DNA of 64,000 nucleotides from Candidatus Dormiibacterota bacterium (lineage in GTDB: Bacteria; Chloroflexota; Dormibacteria; Aeolococcales; Bog-877), in the NCBI GenBank assembly GCA_963701235.1, contig OY969577.1:2286299-2350298 (forward strand), written 5' to 3'. This document shows, piece after piece, positions 29,944 through 39,738 of the stretch. Under the pieces are notes generated by a model. It ran no database searches. It was given only the letters and a program-made list of their open reading frames with translations, and had not been told where the DNA came from. The translations under genes were made by a program, and so were the position numbers. How positions within the stretch are numbered: the stretch's first letter is position 1; the number at the start of each line of letters is the position of its first letter.

Positions 29944-30195
29944 CTCTGCACCTCCTGTTGAGTGGATCGATGCCTCGGTGATAAACGGGCCAGGCGCCGA
30001 GCGGAACAGGCCCGAGCGAAGCGAGCACGCCTTGGGCCTTGAAGCGGATGGGAGCCGGTCTGCTACCGGATGGCGGTCGAAGACGATCCACATGACGTCC
30101 AAGGAGGGGCTGCGCAGCTCTGACCAGGGCAGCACGAGACAGATCGCGGGGCGGCAAGTCTGGGCTGGGCTCCAGGGAAACCCTCGCGAGGAAGT

Positions 30196-31353
30196 CTATG
30201 GAGCTGGATGAGCGGGCGCTGGCGGTGCATCGGAGTCCTGCCAGAACTGTACCGTCAGGGACGTAGCGAGCATCACGGCTATTAGAGCATTGTCACGCGA
30301 GAAAACTCCTGCCTGCCCTACAGCGTGTGCCGTAGCGTGCCGAGCAAAGTGATCGGGAATGGGGTCGCCCTGCGCTGGCCGCCATTGAGCAAATCCTAAG
30401 AACAGCGGTCGCAGCACGAGATTCTCAACCGCGACTCGAAGGGGGAGGTCATCGTAGGGCTCGGACGCGCGCTGTGCCGCTTCTTTGCGACCTTTGTCGC
30501 CAAGAATGGCCAGTACGATGCTGTCGAGGATGTTACCGGCGTGGGATTGGGCGGGCGCTTCTAGACCGGGTTGACGTAAGGCGCTAATCGCGCTCCGGCA
30601 CTGATCCGCCCAGTCGTGCGCAATGTGGGTAAGAAGAGCCTCGCAATCGTCAAGGGCCTCCTCAAAGTGCTCTGACAGGATTCGCTGGCGTTCTTCCTTC
30701 GTCTTGGCCTTGACGAGACTATGAACAATGGCGGCTCGTGGCACCCATGCCAGGGGCAAGCCTTCCTCAAGAGCCAGTCGGGCAACCTCCTCCAGCTCAT
30801 CACCCTCTCGCAGGTTCTCAGGTAGCCAATTGTCGAGGTCACCAGTAAGCACCCCCCAGTCGATCCCCTGGAGAACCGAAGAAAGTTGCTCGGTTAGTGC
30901 CGAATAGTTGAGGGTCCTTGCGATTGAGGCGAACGTATCGCGTTGAATCTGGCTTGCTACCGAGAACGCTGCGTTGTTGAGGATGAGTTCGTTCGCGCGA
31001 GTGATCGCCGAGAAGTCGAGAGACTTGGAGAGTTGCTCCAACCAAGTGTTGTCGATTCGAGCTATTGGAGCCAGGCTTGCCGCTGTTGTAATCGCGCGAG
31101 TAGCGTCTTGAAGGGCCCCAAAGTTGACCGATGAAAACACTGTCTTCGCAAGATTGGCATGTATTGCGCTGATATCGGCCATGGCACTCTGCGCAGCGCT
31201 GAGAGCGCTGAAATCGAAGCTAGCTAATAAGCGTTGTTGCTGGCTGAAAGCGTCGAGCGCGGCCTCTAATGGGTTAGTCGGCTCGTCGTCGTCAGAGGGA
31301 ACGTATTCAAACCCGCCGTCGGTTGGTTCCGTGTCGTCCTTTGGCCGGGTCAT
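30196..31353 (-). CDS. Hypothetical protein with C-terminal RxxxxH (HEPN-like) motif
   Basis: Ala/Ser-rich N-part, WLPENL, C-terminal FARHATAHAVG. Confidence 0.65.
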   Translation of the reverse strand: MTRPKDDTEPTDGGFEYVPSDDDEPTNPLEAALDAFSQQQRLLASFDFSALSAAQSAMADISAIHANLAKTVFSSVNFGALQDATRAITTAASLAPIARIDNTWLEQLSKSLDFSAITRANELILNNAAFSVASQIQRDTFASIARTLNYSALTEQLSSVLQGIDWGVLTGDLDNWLPENLREGDELEEVARLALEEGLPLAWVPRAAIVHSLVKAKTKEERQRILSEHFEEALDDCEALLTHIAHDWADQCRSAISALRQPGLEAPAQSHAGNILDSIVLAILGDKGRKEAAQRASEPYDDLPLRVAVENLVLRPLFLGFAQWRPAQGDPIPDHFARHATAHAVGQAGVFSRDNALIAVMLATSLTVQFWQDSDAPPAPAHPAP

Positions 31354-31418
31354 TCGTTGAGTATGAGCCGATTCCAAAGCGTTCGGAAGACCGCGAGAAG
31401 CAGCGAGGGAGGGGCGAC

Positions 31419-32237
31419 TCAGGCCGCCTCCTCCTGCTCTCCGGCCTCGAAGGGCCGGAGGATGGCTGATGCAGCCTTCTGGATGCGGTCGCACGATCCC
31501 TTGATCCCGGCGATGGCTTGGTCACCACCACCGGCCCAGGTCGCGACGTACCCGAAGGAGTAGTCGCCCGTGTCGAGCCCGAGTGCCTGGCAGACAACGT
31601 AGGCAGTGGACTCAGCTTCCAACTCGGCAAGCGCTCGGTTGTCGCACTCCTCGTGGAGTAGCGCATGTCCGATCTCGTGAGCGAGGGTCTTCACCCTCTG
31701 TGCGGGTGAGTTGGAGACCTCGACCCTGATGCGATGGAGCGCATGAGTGCAATCTCCGTTGACAGTGCCGGGAAGCTCTGCATCCTCGACAGTGAAGCCG
31801 ATGGAGTGGGCGAACTCAGCGAGTCTGGAGAAGAGTCCAGCAGGATCGTCGCCTATGAGCCTCTGGCAGACGGTTGGAAGGTCTGTGCCATCCGTGGAGG
31901 CGATATCGAACACCGGGACCCACTTGAAACCTCGGATCACTCGCTCGTTCTCTTCGGATGTCTCGTCGTCTGACGCCTTGTAGACCATGGGGGCAAGAAT
32001 CCAGATGGCCTTCTCTCCCTTGCGGACGAATCGTCCGTGCTTCTTCCAGGCGTTGAACCCGGCAATCATCGTGGCTTCGTGTCGCTGCTGGGCGATGAGC
32101 ATGACGTTGTTCGGGCTGTAGCGGTAGAAGCGGCTTTGGCAGTCGAGGTAGCGCTGCCATTCATCGGATGTCGTGAGCTTTGCAATTCCCTCGCTGAGAG
32201 TAGCGAGGAGTTCGGAACGGTCGGTTGTGGTGGTCAT
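31419..32237 (-). CDS. ardC: ArdC-family ssDNA-binding protein with zincin-like C-domain
   Basis: YSPNNVMLI, AGFNAWKKHGRFVRKGEKAIWI, VFDI..TDG, TLAHEIGH, ELEAESTAY. Confidence 0.85.
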   Translation of the reverse strand: MTTTTDRSELLATLSEGIAKLTTSDEWQRYLDCQSRFYRYSPNNVMLIAQQRHEATMIAGFNAWKKHGRFVRKGEKAIWILAPMVYKASDDETSEENERVIRGFKWVPVFDIASTDGTDLPTVCQRLIGDDPAGLFSRLAEFAHSIGFTVEDAELPGTVNGDCTHALHRIRVEVSNSPAQRVKTLAHEIGHALLHEECDNRALAELEAESTAYVVCQALGLDTGDYSFGYVATWAGGGDQAIAGIKGSCDRIQKAASAILRPFEAGEQEEAA

Positions 32238-32708
32238 TTTCTGGCCCTCCTTTGTAGGTGCTGATGCGATGCACCCGACAAGCCAGGGCAAGTCCGAGCG
32301 GAATGGCCCCGACGGGCATCGCCCGGAGTGCACTTCAGGGCTTGCAGCTCATAGGACGTAGCTCTGCCAGGGTGACAACAGAGCAGAGGCCCCACACGGA
32401 GGAGCCAACGAGTCCACCACTCCGTTCCGAGGTCACCTCCTCGCATCGAATGGGATGCTGCTCACGTCCCGAACGGCAGTGACGGAGACTCCCTGTCCTT
32501 GCCTACCGCGCCCGACGCCAGCTCTCGGACAGATAGACGCCACGAGTCACCGGCAACGCGAGGAAGAGGAGGAGATCAGATCAGGAGAAGGTCTTGTGGA
32601 TCCCAAGCCTCGGTCGTGTTCGGACTTAACTGATTAGCCGAAGATCACCGCGAGTTAGTGGGTCTCTGACTCGAAGGTGTTCGTTGCGATCCGCGTATCA
32701 TCCGAGAC

Positions 32709-33869
32709 ATGAGCGACTCCGACACAGTGCCTCCCGTTTCCGACAACCCCATTCGAGTTTCATCGACGTCACGCCAGACCGCGGACATCGATCCAATAAT
32801 CCTGCGGACCACAACAACGACGCGGTGGATCTTTCGCCCCGTTCTCTTGGCCAACCCTGGAAACCCCGAAGCGCCGATGGACGGCTGCTTCATCTTTCAG
32901 CGTAAGCGCCAGAACGATGAGTGGACAGATTTCAATGAACTGCCCCTATCGAGGTTGAGGGCAGAAGAATGGGTCAAGATCGATATAAGGGCGGCGGAGC
33001 TGCTGAAGCTGTTCGAGGGCTTGGAGACGTACTACGAACTGGTTCATCAGCACGGACTGGAACAAGGCATCCGAGAGTTCATTCCGGCACCACGGAGTGG
33101 AGCGCTGCGAGCGCTTGCGCTCCACGAGGGTCGCTTCCAACAAGCCCTCGAAGATGACGAGGAGTTGGCGACCGCACTCTTGGAAGGTCTCATCGCCTGG
33201 ATCGCCGGGAATGAGAGGGCCGTCGCCGCTGCCCGTCTGGACGGGATCTCCCTCGATCAGCTCCAGCAGTTCGATGCGGTGCTTGGTCTGGCTCGGCTGC
33301 AACGGTTTTGTCAAGAGCTAGATGACAACCAAGGCAACGCGGACGAGGGCTATTGGCAGCGTACGCTCCGAACGAACGGCTGGGCCGTTGCTCAGGTATA
33401 TGCGGTGCCGATCATGCTAGTGCAAGAACAGGTTTACGTCGGAGGTAAGCTCTTCACGAACCAGATGGGTAACACCGAGGACTTCTTGTACCAGAACGAG
33501 ATCGCGGGCAACGTGGTACTCGTCGAGATCAAGACGCCAGTCACACCGCTACTCGGTGCGACATACCGAAACAATGTGGTGAATGTCTCGGAAGAGCTAT
33601 CTGGCGGCCTCGTGCAGATACTCCATGCGCGACAGAGTCTCACGGTGAATTACGCAGCGCTATTCGCAGAGGATTTAGCGTCCCAGCGACCGTTGAGCCC
33701 GAGAGGACTTTTGATTGTGGGGTCCGCGTCGGAACTAAACACTCATGCCCGGAGGGAGAGCTTCGAGTTGTTCCGAAGTAACCAGCGCGAAATCGATATC
33801 GTCACTTTCGATGAGCTGCGGCGGAAGATCGGCTTGATGATCCAGCTTCTGGAAAACGTCGCGAAATAG
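32709..33869 (+). CDS. sduA: Shedu anti-phage nuclease (DUF4263)
   Basis: E.YWQ, EDFLY, VEIKTP, ELSGGLVQ, FELFR, IVTFDEL; extra N-terminal domain. Confidence 0.88.
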   Translation: MSDSDTVPPVSDNPIRVSSTSRQTADIDPIILRTTTTTRWIFRPVLLANPGNPEAPMDGCFIFQRKRQNDEWTDFNELPLSRLRAEEWVKIDIRAAELLKLFEGLETYYELVHQHGLEQGIREFIPAPRSGALRALALHEGRFQQALEDDEELATALLEGLIAWIAGNERAVAAARLDGISLDQLQQFDAVLGLARLQRFCQELDDNQGNADEGYWQRTLRTNGWAVAQVYAVPIMLVQEQVYVGGKLFTNQMGNTEDFLYQNEIAGNVVLVEIKTPVTPLLGATYRNNVVNVSEELSGGLVQILHARQSLTVNYAALFAEDLASQRPLSPRGLLIVGSASELNTHARRESFELFRSNQREIDIVTFDELRRKIGLMIQLLENVAK

Positions 33870-33885
33870 GCAACCGCGCCAGCGA

Positions 33886-34022
33886 CGTTCTCACAAACGA
33901 GCGTTTCTGACACGCGATGGAGCCGCCCCTAATAAGTGTGGAAGCGAGTCCAGACAGCATTCTCACAAACCGTCCACAATTCCGCTGGCCAGGGTCGCTC
34001 CTCTCCAGGAGTTCTGAGAACG
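33886..34022. repeat. res-like recombination or protein-binding site
   Basis: TCTCACAAACG-AG-CGTTTCTGACA imperfect IR plus further half-sites at 33960 and 34011. Confidence 0.45.
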
Positions 34023-34180
34023 TAGCGTTGGAGTACGGACCGTGGCTGGGATGCCCGCTATCTTGCGTCGCCTCAATGGCCCAACAGCCCCCTCCCCTTG
34101 CTCCTTCCTGAGACTCGCCGCAACTGACGGGATGGGGCGGCCTTGACCGGTCCATCCGGGCGCCCGGTGGGCCCTTCCGA

Positions 34181-34972
34181 TCAGTCCCGGCGTCCTCCGT
34201 CCACGTAGAGCACCTGCCCGCTAACGTAGGACGCATCGGACGAGCAGAGGAAGGCAATCACCGCGGCGATATCTTCTGGATGCCCTACGCGACCAAGCGG
34301 AATTCGCCCCGCCGCTTCCTTCAGGAACTCCTCGAGCGGCAGGGCAAGCCTCTCGGCCACCGCCCTCGACATGGGGGTATCCACGTGCCCGGGCGCCACA
34401 CAGTTCACATTTATCTGGAAGGGTCCGAGCTCCAAGGCAAGCGTTCGGGTCAGCCCGTGGAGGCCCGCCTTGGAGGTCGCGTAGCCGGCCTGCCAGCGGT
34501 GGCCCCTGGCGGACGCCGATGAGAGGAAGACGATCTTCCCGCTGCGGTTGGCCATCATGTTCCGGGCCACCGCTCGGGCGCAGAGAAAGGCGCCTGTTGT
34601 ATTGACTCGTATTACGGCGTCCCACTCGTCAGAAGATGTTTCAGCGAGAGCCGCATCGCGAGCTATACCGGCATTGCTGACTAGAACACTGATCTTCCCG
34701 AACCTTGCCAACGTGGACTTTACAAGGGAGGTAACGCTCGAATCGTCCTGCACGTCGCACCTAACCGCCATCGATCGCGCCCCTAGTTGCTGTATGCTAG
34801 CGGCCACCTCGGTGCCAGAGATCGTGTCAACATCGGCGACGACGACACTGGCGCCCTCGCTCGCGAATCGAAGTGCTGCCGCCTGCCCGATCCCTCGTCC
34901 CCCACCAGTAACTATCACGACTTGCCCGTCAAACCTGCCCAATCCGCTGCCCCTCTGCTGCTGGGTTGCCAA
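34181..34972 (-). CDS. SDR oxidoreductase (FabG-like)
   Basis: TGGGRGIG, NAG, YATSK, NCVAPG, VDGG. Confidence 0.92.
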   Translation of the reverse strand: MATQQQRGSGLGRFDGQVVIVTGGGRGIGQAAALRFASEGASVVVADVDTISGTEVAASIQQLGARSMAVRCDVQDDSSVTSLVKSTLARFGKISVLVSNAGIARDAALAETSSDEWDAVIRVNTTGAFLCARAVARNMMANRSGKIVFLSSASARGHRWQAGYATSKAGLHGLTRTLALELGPFQINVNCVAPGHVDTPMSRAVAERLALPLEEFLKEAAGRIPLGRVGHPEDIAAVIAFLCSSDASYVSGQVLYVDGGRRD

Positions 34973-35096
34973 GATCCTCGCCAGTGTGTCGAGCGCCGTA
35001 CCGCGAAACCAGAGAGTCCCGCAACAGGCATGACGCCTAGCGGCACCACGCTAGCTTGTCGCAGCTTCCAAGGTTACAGAGCCACCGGCACCCGTC

Positions 35097-36443
35097 CTAG
35101 ACGGCACGGCGCAGCCACTTGCCCCCACCAGTTTCCACCGTCACCTTACCGCCCCTCGCGATTTCCCTGCCCCGCACGAAAGTCTGCACCACTCGTGCGG
35201 AAACTTCGCGGCCATCGAAGGGACTCCACTGCGCGACTGAGTAAGACGCGGATCTATCGACTGTCATACTGCCGCCCAACTCCAAGATACAGAAGTCAGC
35301 GTCCCTCCCAGGCTCCAGGCTTCCCTTCCTGTTCAATCCGAAGAACCGCGCCGGCCTCCAGGTAACATAGCTCAGTATCTCCGCTAGATCCACACCTCGC
35401 CTCTGGGACTCAGTGACGAGCACACTGACCAGAGTTTCTAGCCCGGGCACACCCGGAGAGGCCTCCATCATCGGACGCTCCTTGGCCGGACTTGGCCAGG
35501 GAGCATGGTCGCTTGAAATTGTCGCCACGCACCCGCTCTGAAGTTGGGACCACAGGCCCTCCCTCGCGGCAACGTCACGCAGAGGCGGGTTGACCTTAGC
35601 TCGAGGACCGAGCCTCGCCACATCGTCTTCATCCGTTAGTACCAGATAATGCACGCACAACTCTCCGGAAACTCCCGCCCCCATCTCTGAGAAGGCCCTG
35701 ATCAGCTCAAACCCGTGGGGATGACTGACGTGCGCTATATGTACCCTTGCCCCAGTAGTCAACGCCAGTTCCAGAGCTTCCGCTATCGCCACGGTCTCAG
35801 TGACGAGAGGACGACTACGGCCGTGTGCGTCGATGGCTGTGACTACCTGCTCGCGTCGGAACCAGTCCAGGAGCTCCTGGTTTTCCGCGTGAATAATGAT
35901 GGGAACGCCGGTCGGAGCCAGGTGATCGAACATCCGATACAGTAGTGGCAGGCTAAGGCGTGGAAGCCGAGTGGGATCACCCTCCTGCATGGATACCTTG
36001 AAGCCGCACGCTCCGAGCTCGACCAGGGCGTCGACCTCCGAAAGATCCCCATCCATTCCGATGGTGGCGTACAAGCCGACATCGACGATCGACTGAGCCT
36101 CGACCTCCCTGCCCTTCGCAAGCAAGCGAGCTCCAGATCTCACTGGCTCCGATGAATCGAAGGGCATATCGATCATGGTCGTTACCCCTCCGACCGCCGC
36201 GCCAAGAGACGCCCGACGAATGCCCTCGTGGCTCGAGCTCTGGGCATGTACATGGGAGTCGACTAGGCCAGCCACTACATATTTACCCGAGCAGTCCAGG
36301 ATAGTCGTTCCGAGTTCGTGGGATGGCGCCGTGGCTGAGACCCCCTGGACTCGGTCACCATCGACTAGGAGAAAGCCGTCTCGCAGGACATGGTCGCGCA
36401 GGACGATGTCACCTATCACGAGAAGACGCTGACTCTGAATCAT
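35097..36443 (-). CDS. Allantoinase/dihydroorotase-family cyclic amidohydrolase
   Basis: DSHVH, GGVTTMIDMP, HAEN, HIAH, KVNPPLR, SSDHAP. Confidence 0.9.
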   Translation of the reverse strand: MIQSQRLLVIGDIVLRDHVLRDGFLLVDGDRVQGVSATAPSHELGTTILDCSGKYVVAGLVDSHVHAQSSSHEGIRRASLGAAVGGVTTMIDMPFDSSEPVRSGARLLAKGREVEAQSIVDVGLYATIGMDGDLSEVDALVELGACGFKVSMQEGDPTRLPRLSLPLLYRMFDHLAPTGVPIIIHAENQELLDWFRREQVVTAIDAHGRSRPLVTETVAIAEALELALTTGARVHIAHVSHPHGFELIRAFSEMGAGVSGELCVHYLVLTDEDDVARLGPRAKVNPPLRDVAAREGLWSQLQSGCVATISSDHAPWPSPAKERPMMEASPGVPGLETLVSVLVTESQRRGVDLAEILSYVTWRPARFFGLNRKGSLEPGRDADFCILELGGSMTVDRSASYSVAQWSPFDGREVSARVVQTFVRGREIARGGKVTVETGGGKWLRRAV

Positions 36444-36445
36444 CG

Positions 36446-37348
36446 TCAGTTAGCCGCAGTGAATTGGAGCCCGACTGCCTTGAGGGTCGACCCAATATCA
36501 CTCCTTAGCGCTTCGTCGAGGCCCAACGATGGCTCGCGGACTCCGGCCCAAGAGATGATCCCCCGGAGGCGGAGTAGCTCCTTCCGAACAGCCAGGCCAA
36601 CCACAGGTTGCGCTTCGAGGACGAGGAGCGGGAGATAGCGATAATATGTGCGTGCGGCTTGGTCGGTTTGCATTGCACTCCAAGCCTCGGTGATTTCCAC
36701 CAAAGCTTCAGGGTAGGCGAATCCCGTCATGGTCCCGCGTGCACCGTGCCTTAACTCATCTAGGAGATACATCCCTCCCGTCCCCCCAATGACAGTGACA
36801 CCTTGTGGAAGTAACGGAAGCAGCTTGCTGATGCGGTACGGGCTGGGCAGGCCCTCCACCTTGATGGTTTTGATCTGCGGGACGTCGCAAGCTACCTGAG
36901 CCATCTGCTGTGGGCTTAATGTGACTCCCGTGGCCGGGGGAAAGTCCTGGAGGACGACGGGCAGACCTATGCTCGCGCCGACAGCTGCGAAGTGAGCAGT
37001 CAATCCCGGACCTGCGCCTAGAAATGTTGGAGGTGCCAGCATCACCGCGGCTGCTCCGGCCCTCTCAGCTGACACCGCGGCAGATATCGCTACCCTGGTA
37101 GCCTCAGCGCTCACGCCAACGACCACGGGTACCACTTGGTCGGCCTCTTCAATGACCGTGGAGACTATGGAACTCTTCTCGATCTCGGATAATTTCGCCG
37201 ACTCGCTAGCAACTCCTAAAGCCGTAAGGCCAGACACGCCTGCGGCTCGGGTCGCCCGAACCAGTCGACGCAGACTAACTGCATCCACGTTTCCTAGATC
37301 GTCGAATGGAGTGGCAACCACGGAATAGACTCCCGAAAGCCCGGTCAT
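36446..37348 (-). CDS. Dihydrodipicolinate synthase family aldolase/dehydratase
   Basis: ATPFD, LGVASE, LQDFP, IKVE Schiff-base Lys. Confidence 0.88.
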   Translation of the reverse strand: MTGLSGVYSVVATPFDDLGNVDAVSLRRLVRATRAAGVSGLTALGVASESAKLSEIEKSSIVSTVIEEADQVVPVVVGVSAEATRVAISAAVSAERAGAAAVMLAPPTFLGAGPGLTAHFAAVGASIGLPVVLQDFPPATGVTLSPQQMAQVACDVPQIKTIKVEGLPSPYRISKLLPLLPQGVTVIGGTGGMYLLDELRHGARGTMTGFAYPEALVEITEAWSAMQTDQAARTYYRYLPLLVLEAQPVVGLAVRKELLRLRGIISWAGVREPSLGLDEALRSDIGSTLKAVGLQFTAAN

Positions 37349-37363
37349 CCGAGCGTCCGCGCC

Positions 37364-38317
37364 TTAGTCTTCAATAGACGCCTCGTCGATGAGTGCCCGT
37401 AGCGCCTCCCAATCGGCGCCGGCAACCTCTACCTGCCCTGCTGCGACGTTCTCAACAACCTGAGCTCGAGATGTGGCGCCACTGATTACCGACGCCACTT
37501 CAGAATGTCGAAGCAATCCTGCGATCGCCAGGGCAACCAGCGAGAGTCGTCGCTCCGTAGCAAAACCTCTGATCGCGTCCACCATCCGCAACCGATGTGC
37601 GTCCAGAGCGCGAGGAGGTGCATCTATACGTGCCAATCTCGATCCCGCTGGCGGCTTCTCTCCACTTCGGTACTTGCCCGTCAATAGTCCCCGGGCGAGT
37701 GGATAGTAGGGCAGGAGGCCTATTCCATAGTGATTCAACGCCGGGAGCAGCCTAACTTCAATACCCCTCGAGAGCAAATTGAACTCGTTCTGCGCTGAGA
37801 TCGGCGCGACCATTCCGCCATCCTGGGCCGTCCACCACATGTCGGCTATCTGCCATGCCGCGAAGTTAGAGCACCCGAACCATCGGATCTTCCCTCGGCG
37901 AACCAACTCCCCAAGAAACCCGAGTGTCTCCGCGATAGGAGTCGAGGGATCGGGCTGGTGAATCTGGTAGAGGTCAATCGTGTCCACCATTAGCCGTCGA
38001 AGGCTCCCATCGACCGCCTGCTCGATGTACTCCGGTCTCCCCCGTGGCTCATCCGGATCATGACCTGGCATCGGCCAACCAAATTTGGTCGCGATCACAA
38101 CACCGGCGCGTCGCGCTTGTAGAACCTCGCCGAGCACACGCTCACTCTCGCCGCCGCCGTACACGTCGGCGGTGTCAAAGAGGGTAACACCTAGCTCGAG
38201 CGCGGCCAGGACCACACTTTGAGAGGCCTCTTTCGAGATCCTTGCCCCGAAGTTGTTGCATCCTAGACCCAACTCCGACACAGCAGGTCCGGAAGCACCT
38301 AGCCGCCGCACCTTCAT
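37364..38317 (-). CDS. Aldo/keto reductase
   Basis: LGCNNFG, DTADVY, ATKFG, DLYQIH, PLARGLLTGKY. Confidence 0.92.
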   Translation of the reverse strand: MKVRRLGASGPAVSELGLGCNNFGARISKEASQSVVLAALELGVTLFDTADVYGGGESERVLGEVLQARRAGVVIATKFGWPMPGHDPDEPRGRPEYIEQAVDGSLRRLMVDTIDLYQIHQPDPSTPIAETLGFLGELVRRGKIRWFGCSNFAAWQIADMWWTAQDGGMVAPISAQNEFNLLSRGIEVRLLPALNHYGIGLLPYYPLARGLLTGKYRSGEKPPAGSRLARIDAPPRALDAHRLRMVDAIRGFATERRLSLVALAIAGLLRHSEVASVISGATSRAQVVENVAAGQVEVAGADWEALRALIDEASIED

Positions 38318-38393
38318 GGGATCGATTCCGCTCGCAGGGACCTATCAATCATCAGGCATAGAGGGACTCGAGCGCTCAACGCCCCGCCAATAC

Positions 38394-39728
38394 TCACGAC
38401 TCACTCAACGTCTGGTCAATGCCGTCGATTAGACGGTCTACCTCCCCCACGGTGTTGTAATGCACGAGTCCAATCCTCAGCACGCCACCCTTATCCCCTA
38501 GGCCCATGCGCTCAATGAGCATCCGGGCGTAGAAGTCGCCCGCCGAGACGAAGATGCCCATCGAGGCCAGTTGCACAGCCAGCTCCTGGGGTACGCGATC
38601 CTTGACCGTAATCGCCACCGTAGGGGTTCGATGGGCGAGATCACTTCGCTCACTAAAGCCGTGGACCACGATCCCGGGTATCTGCCGGAGCCGACTCAAA
38701 AGGTGCGCACAAAGGGTGCTTTCGTAAGCCTCGATCGCGCGCATCGCGGTACACAACCGCGCCCGACGATCTGCAACCACGCCCTGCTGCGGCTCGCGGG
38801 ATACCTCAACTCCAATCAGTTCAAGATACCTTCCAGCGGCGAGCGCCCCAGCAATTCCCTCATAGTTCTGGCTGCCAATCTCAATCTTGTCTGGAGCTGG
38901 CCGTACCTTGTACGCCGGAAGCAGTTCCAGTAGCGCGCCTCGCATCCACAGAATCCCAAGGTGCGGCCCGTAGAACTTATGCGCCGAACACACAAGGGCA
39001 TCGCACCCCAGCGATTCGACATCAATCAACCCGTGCGGGGCATAGTGCACCGCATCCACGTAGGCGATCGCCCCGACGCGATGGGCGAGATCGCAGATCT
39101 TCTGAACTGGATTGACCGTTCCGATCGCATTGGACGCATAGCCGATCGCCACGACCTTGGTCCGCGCCGATAGCTGACTCGCTAGATCCGACATGTCGAG
39201 GCTGCACCCTTCCCCCGAAACGTCGACGACTCTTACGTCGGCGCCTCGCTCCGCGAGTGCCTGCCAAGGTGAGACGTTCGCCTCGTGATCGAGCCGTGAA
39301 ACGATGACCCGGTCCCCGGGCTGCAGAGTTGCGCCCACCGACCGGCTCACCTGGAAGGTAAGTGCTGTCATATTTTGTCCAAAGCGTATCTCGTCCGGTG
39401 AAGGCGCCTTGAGAAAGTCTGCGTAGAATTGCCGCGCCTCTGCCACCATTGCGTCTGTGCGCTGACTCGTGAGACTTGGCCACCCGCCAAGGCCGTTAGA
39501 CGTCGCCATGTAATCGGACATTGCTGCGATCACCGAAGACGGTACTTGCGTACCTCCCGGCCCATCTAGAAACACTACCTCTTCTGTATCACTGAGTAGT
39601 CTGAGCGCTGGAAACTGATCGCGGATCATTTCTGGGGCAAACGGTCGCGGGAGTGGGCGGCCCTTCGGCTGAACCGTGCCCACTGTGTGGACAAGATCGT
39701 CGTCAGTCTTCTGCAAACCTGACTTCAC
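38394..39728 (-). CDS. Cysteine desulfurase-like protein (class V PLP, VC1184-like subfamily)
   Basis: DGPGGTQVP, DHEANV, DAVHYAPH, CSAHKFYGPH. Confidence 0.88.
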   Translation of the reverse strand: MKSGLQKTDDDLVHTVGTVQPKGRPLPRPFAPEMIRDQFPALRLLSDTEEVVFLDGPGGTQVPSSVIAAMSDYMATSNGLGGWPSLTSQRTDAMVAEARQFYADFLKAPSPDEIRFGQNMTALTFQVSRSVGATLQPGDRVIVSRLDHEANVSPWQALAERGADVRVVDVSGEGCSLDMSDLASQLSARTKVVAIGYASNAIGTVNPVQKICDLAHRVGAIAYVDAVHYAPHGLIDVESLGCDALVCSAHKFYGPHLGILWMRGALLELLPAYKVRPAPDKIEIGSQNYEGIAGALAAGRYLELIGVEVSREPQQGVVADRRARLCTAMRAIEAYESTLCAHLLSRLRQIPGIVVHGFSERSDLAHRTPTVAITVKDRVPQELAVQLASMGIFVSAGDFYARMLIERMGLGDKGGVLRIGLVHYNTVGEVDRLIDGIDQTLSES

Positions 39729-39738
39729 AGTGGACTCC

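Larger units (their letters stand above)
19289..34022. mobile_element. Defence island / integrative element remnant (boundaries approximate)
   Basis: Visible drop in GC and codon bias after about 19.3 kb; defence genes with ssb and ardC; att-like and res-like ends. Confidence 0.6.

Noticed and set aside
38394-39728. Cysteine desulfurase-like gene as DndA for the DptFGH-like operon
   Set aside because: Lacks the C-terminal catalytic Cys motif (reads SAGDFYA), lies in a catabolic operon about 9 kb away, and no dndBCDE is present
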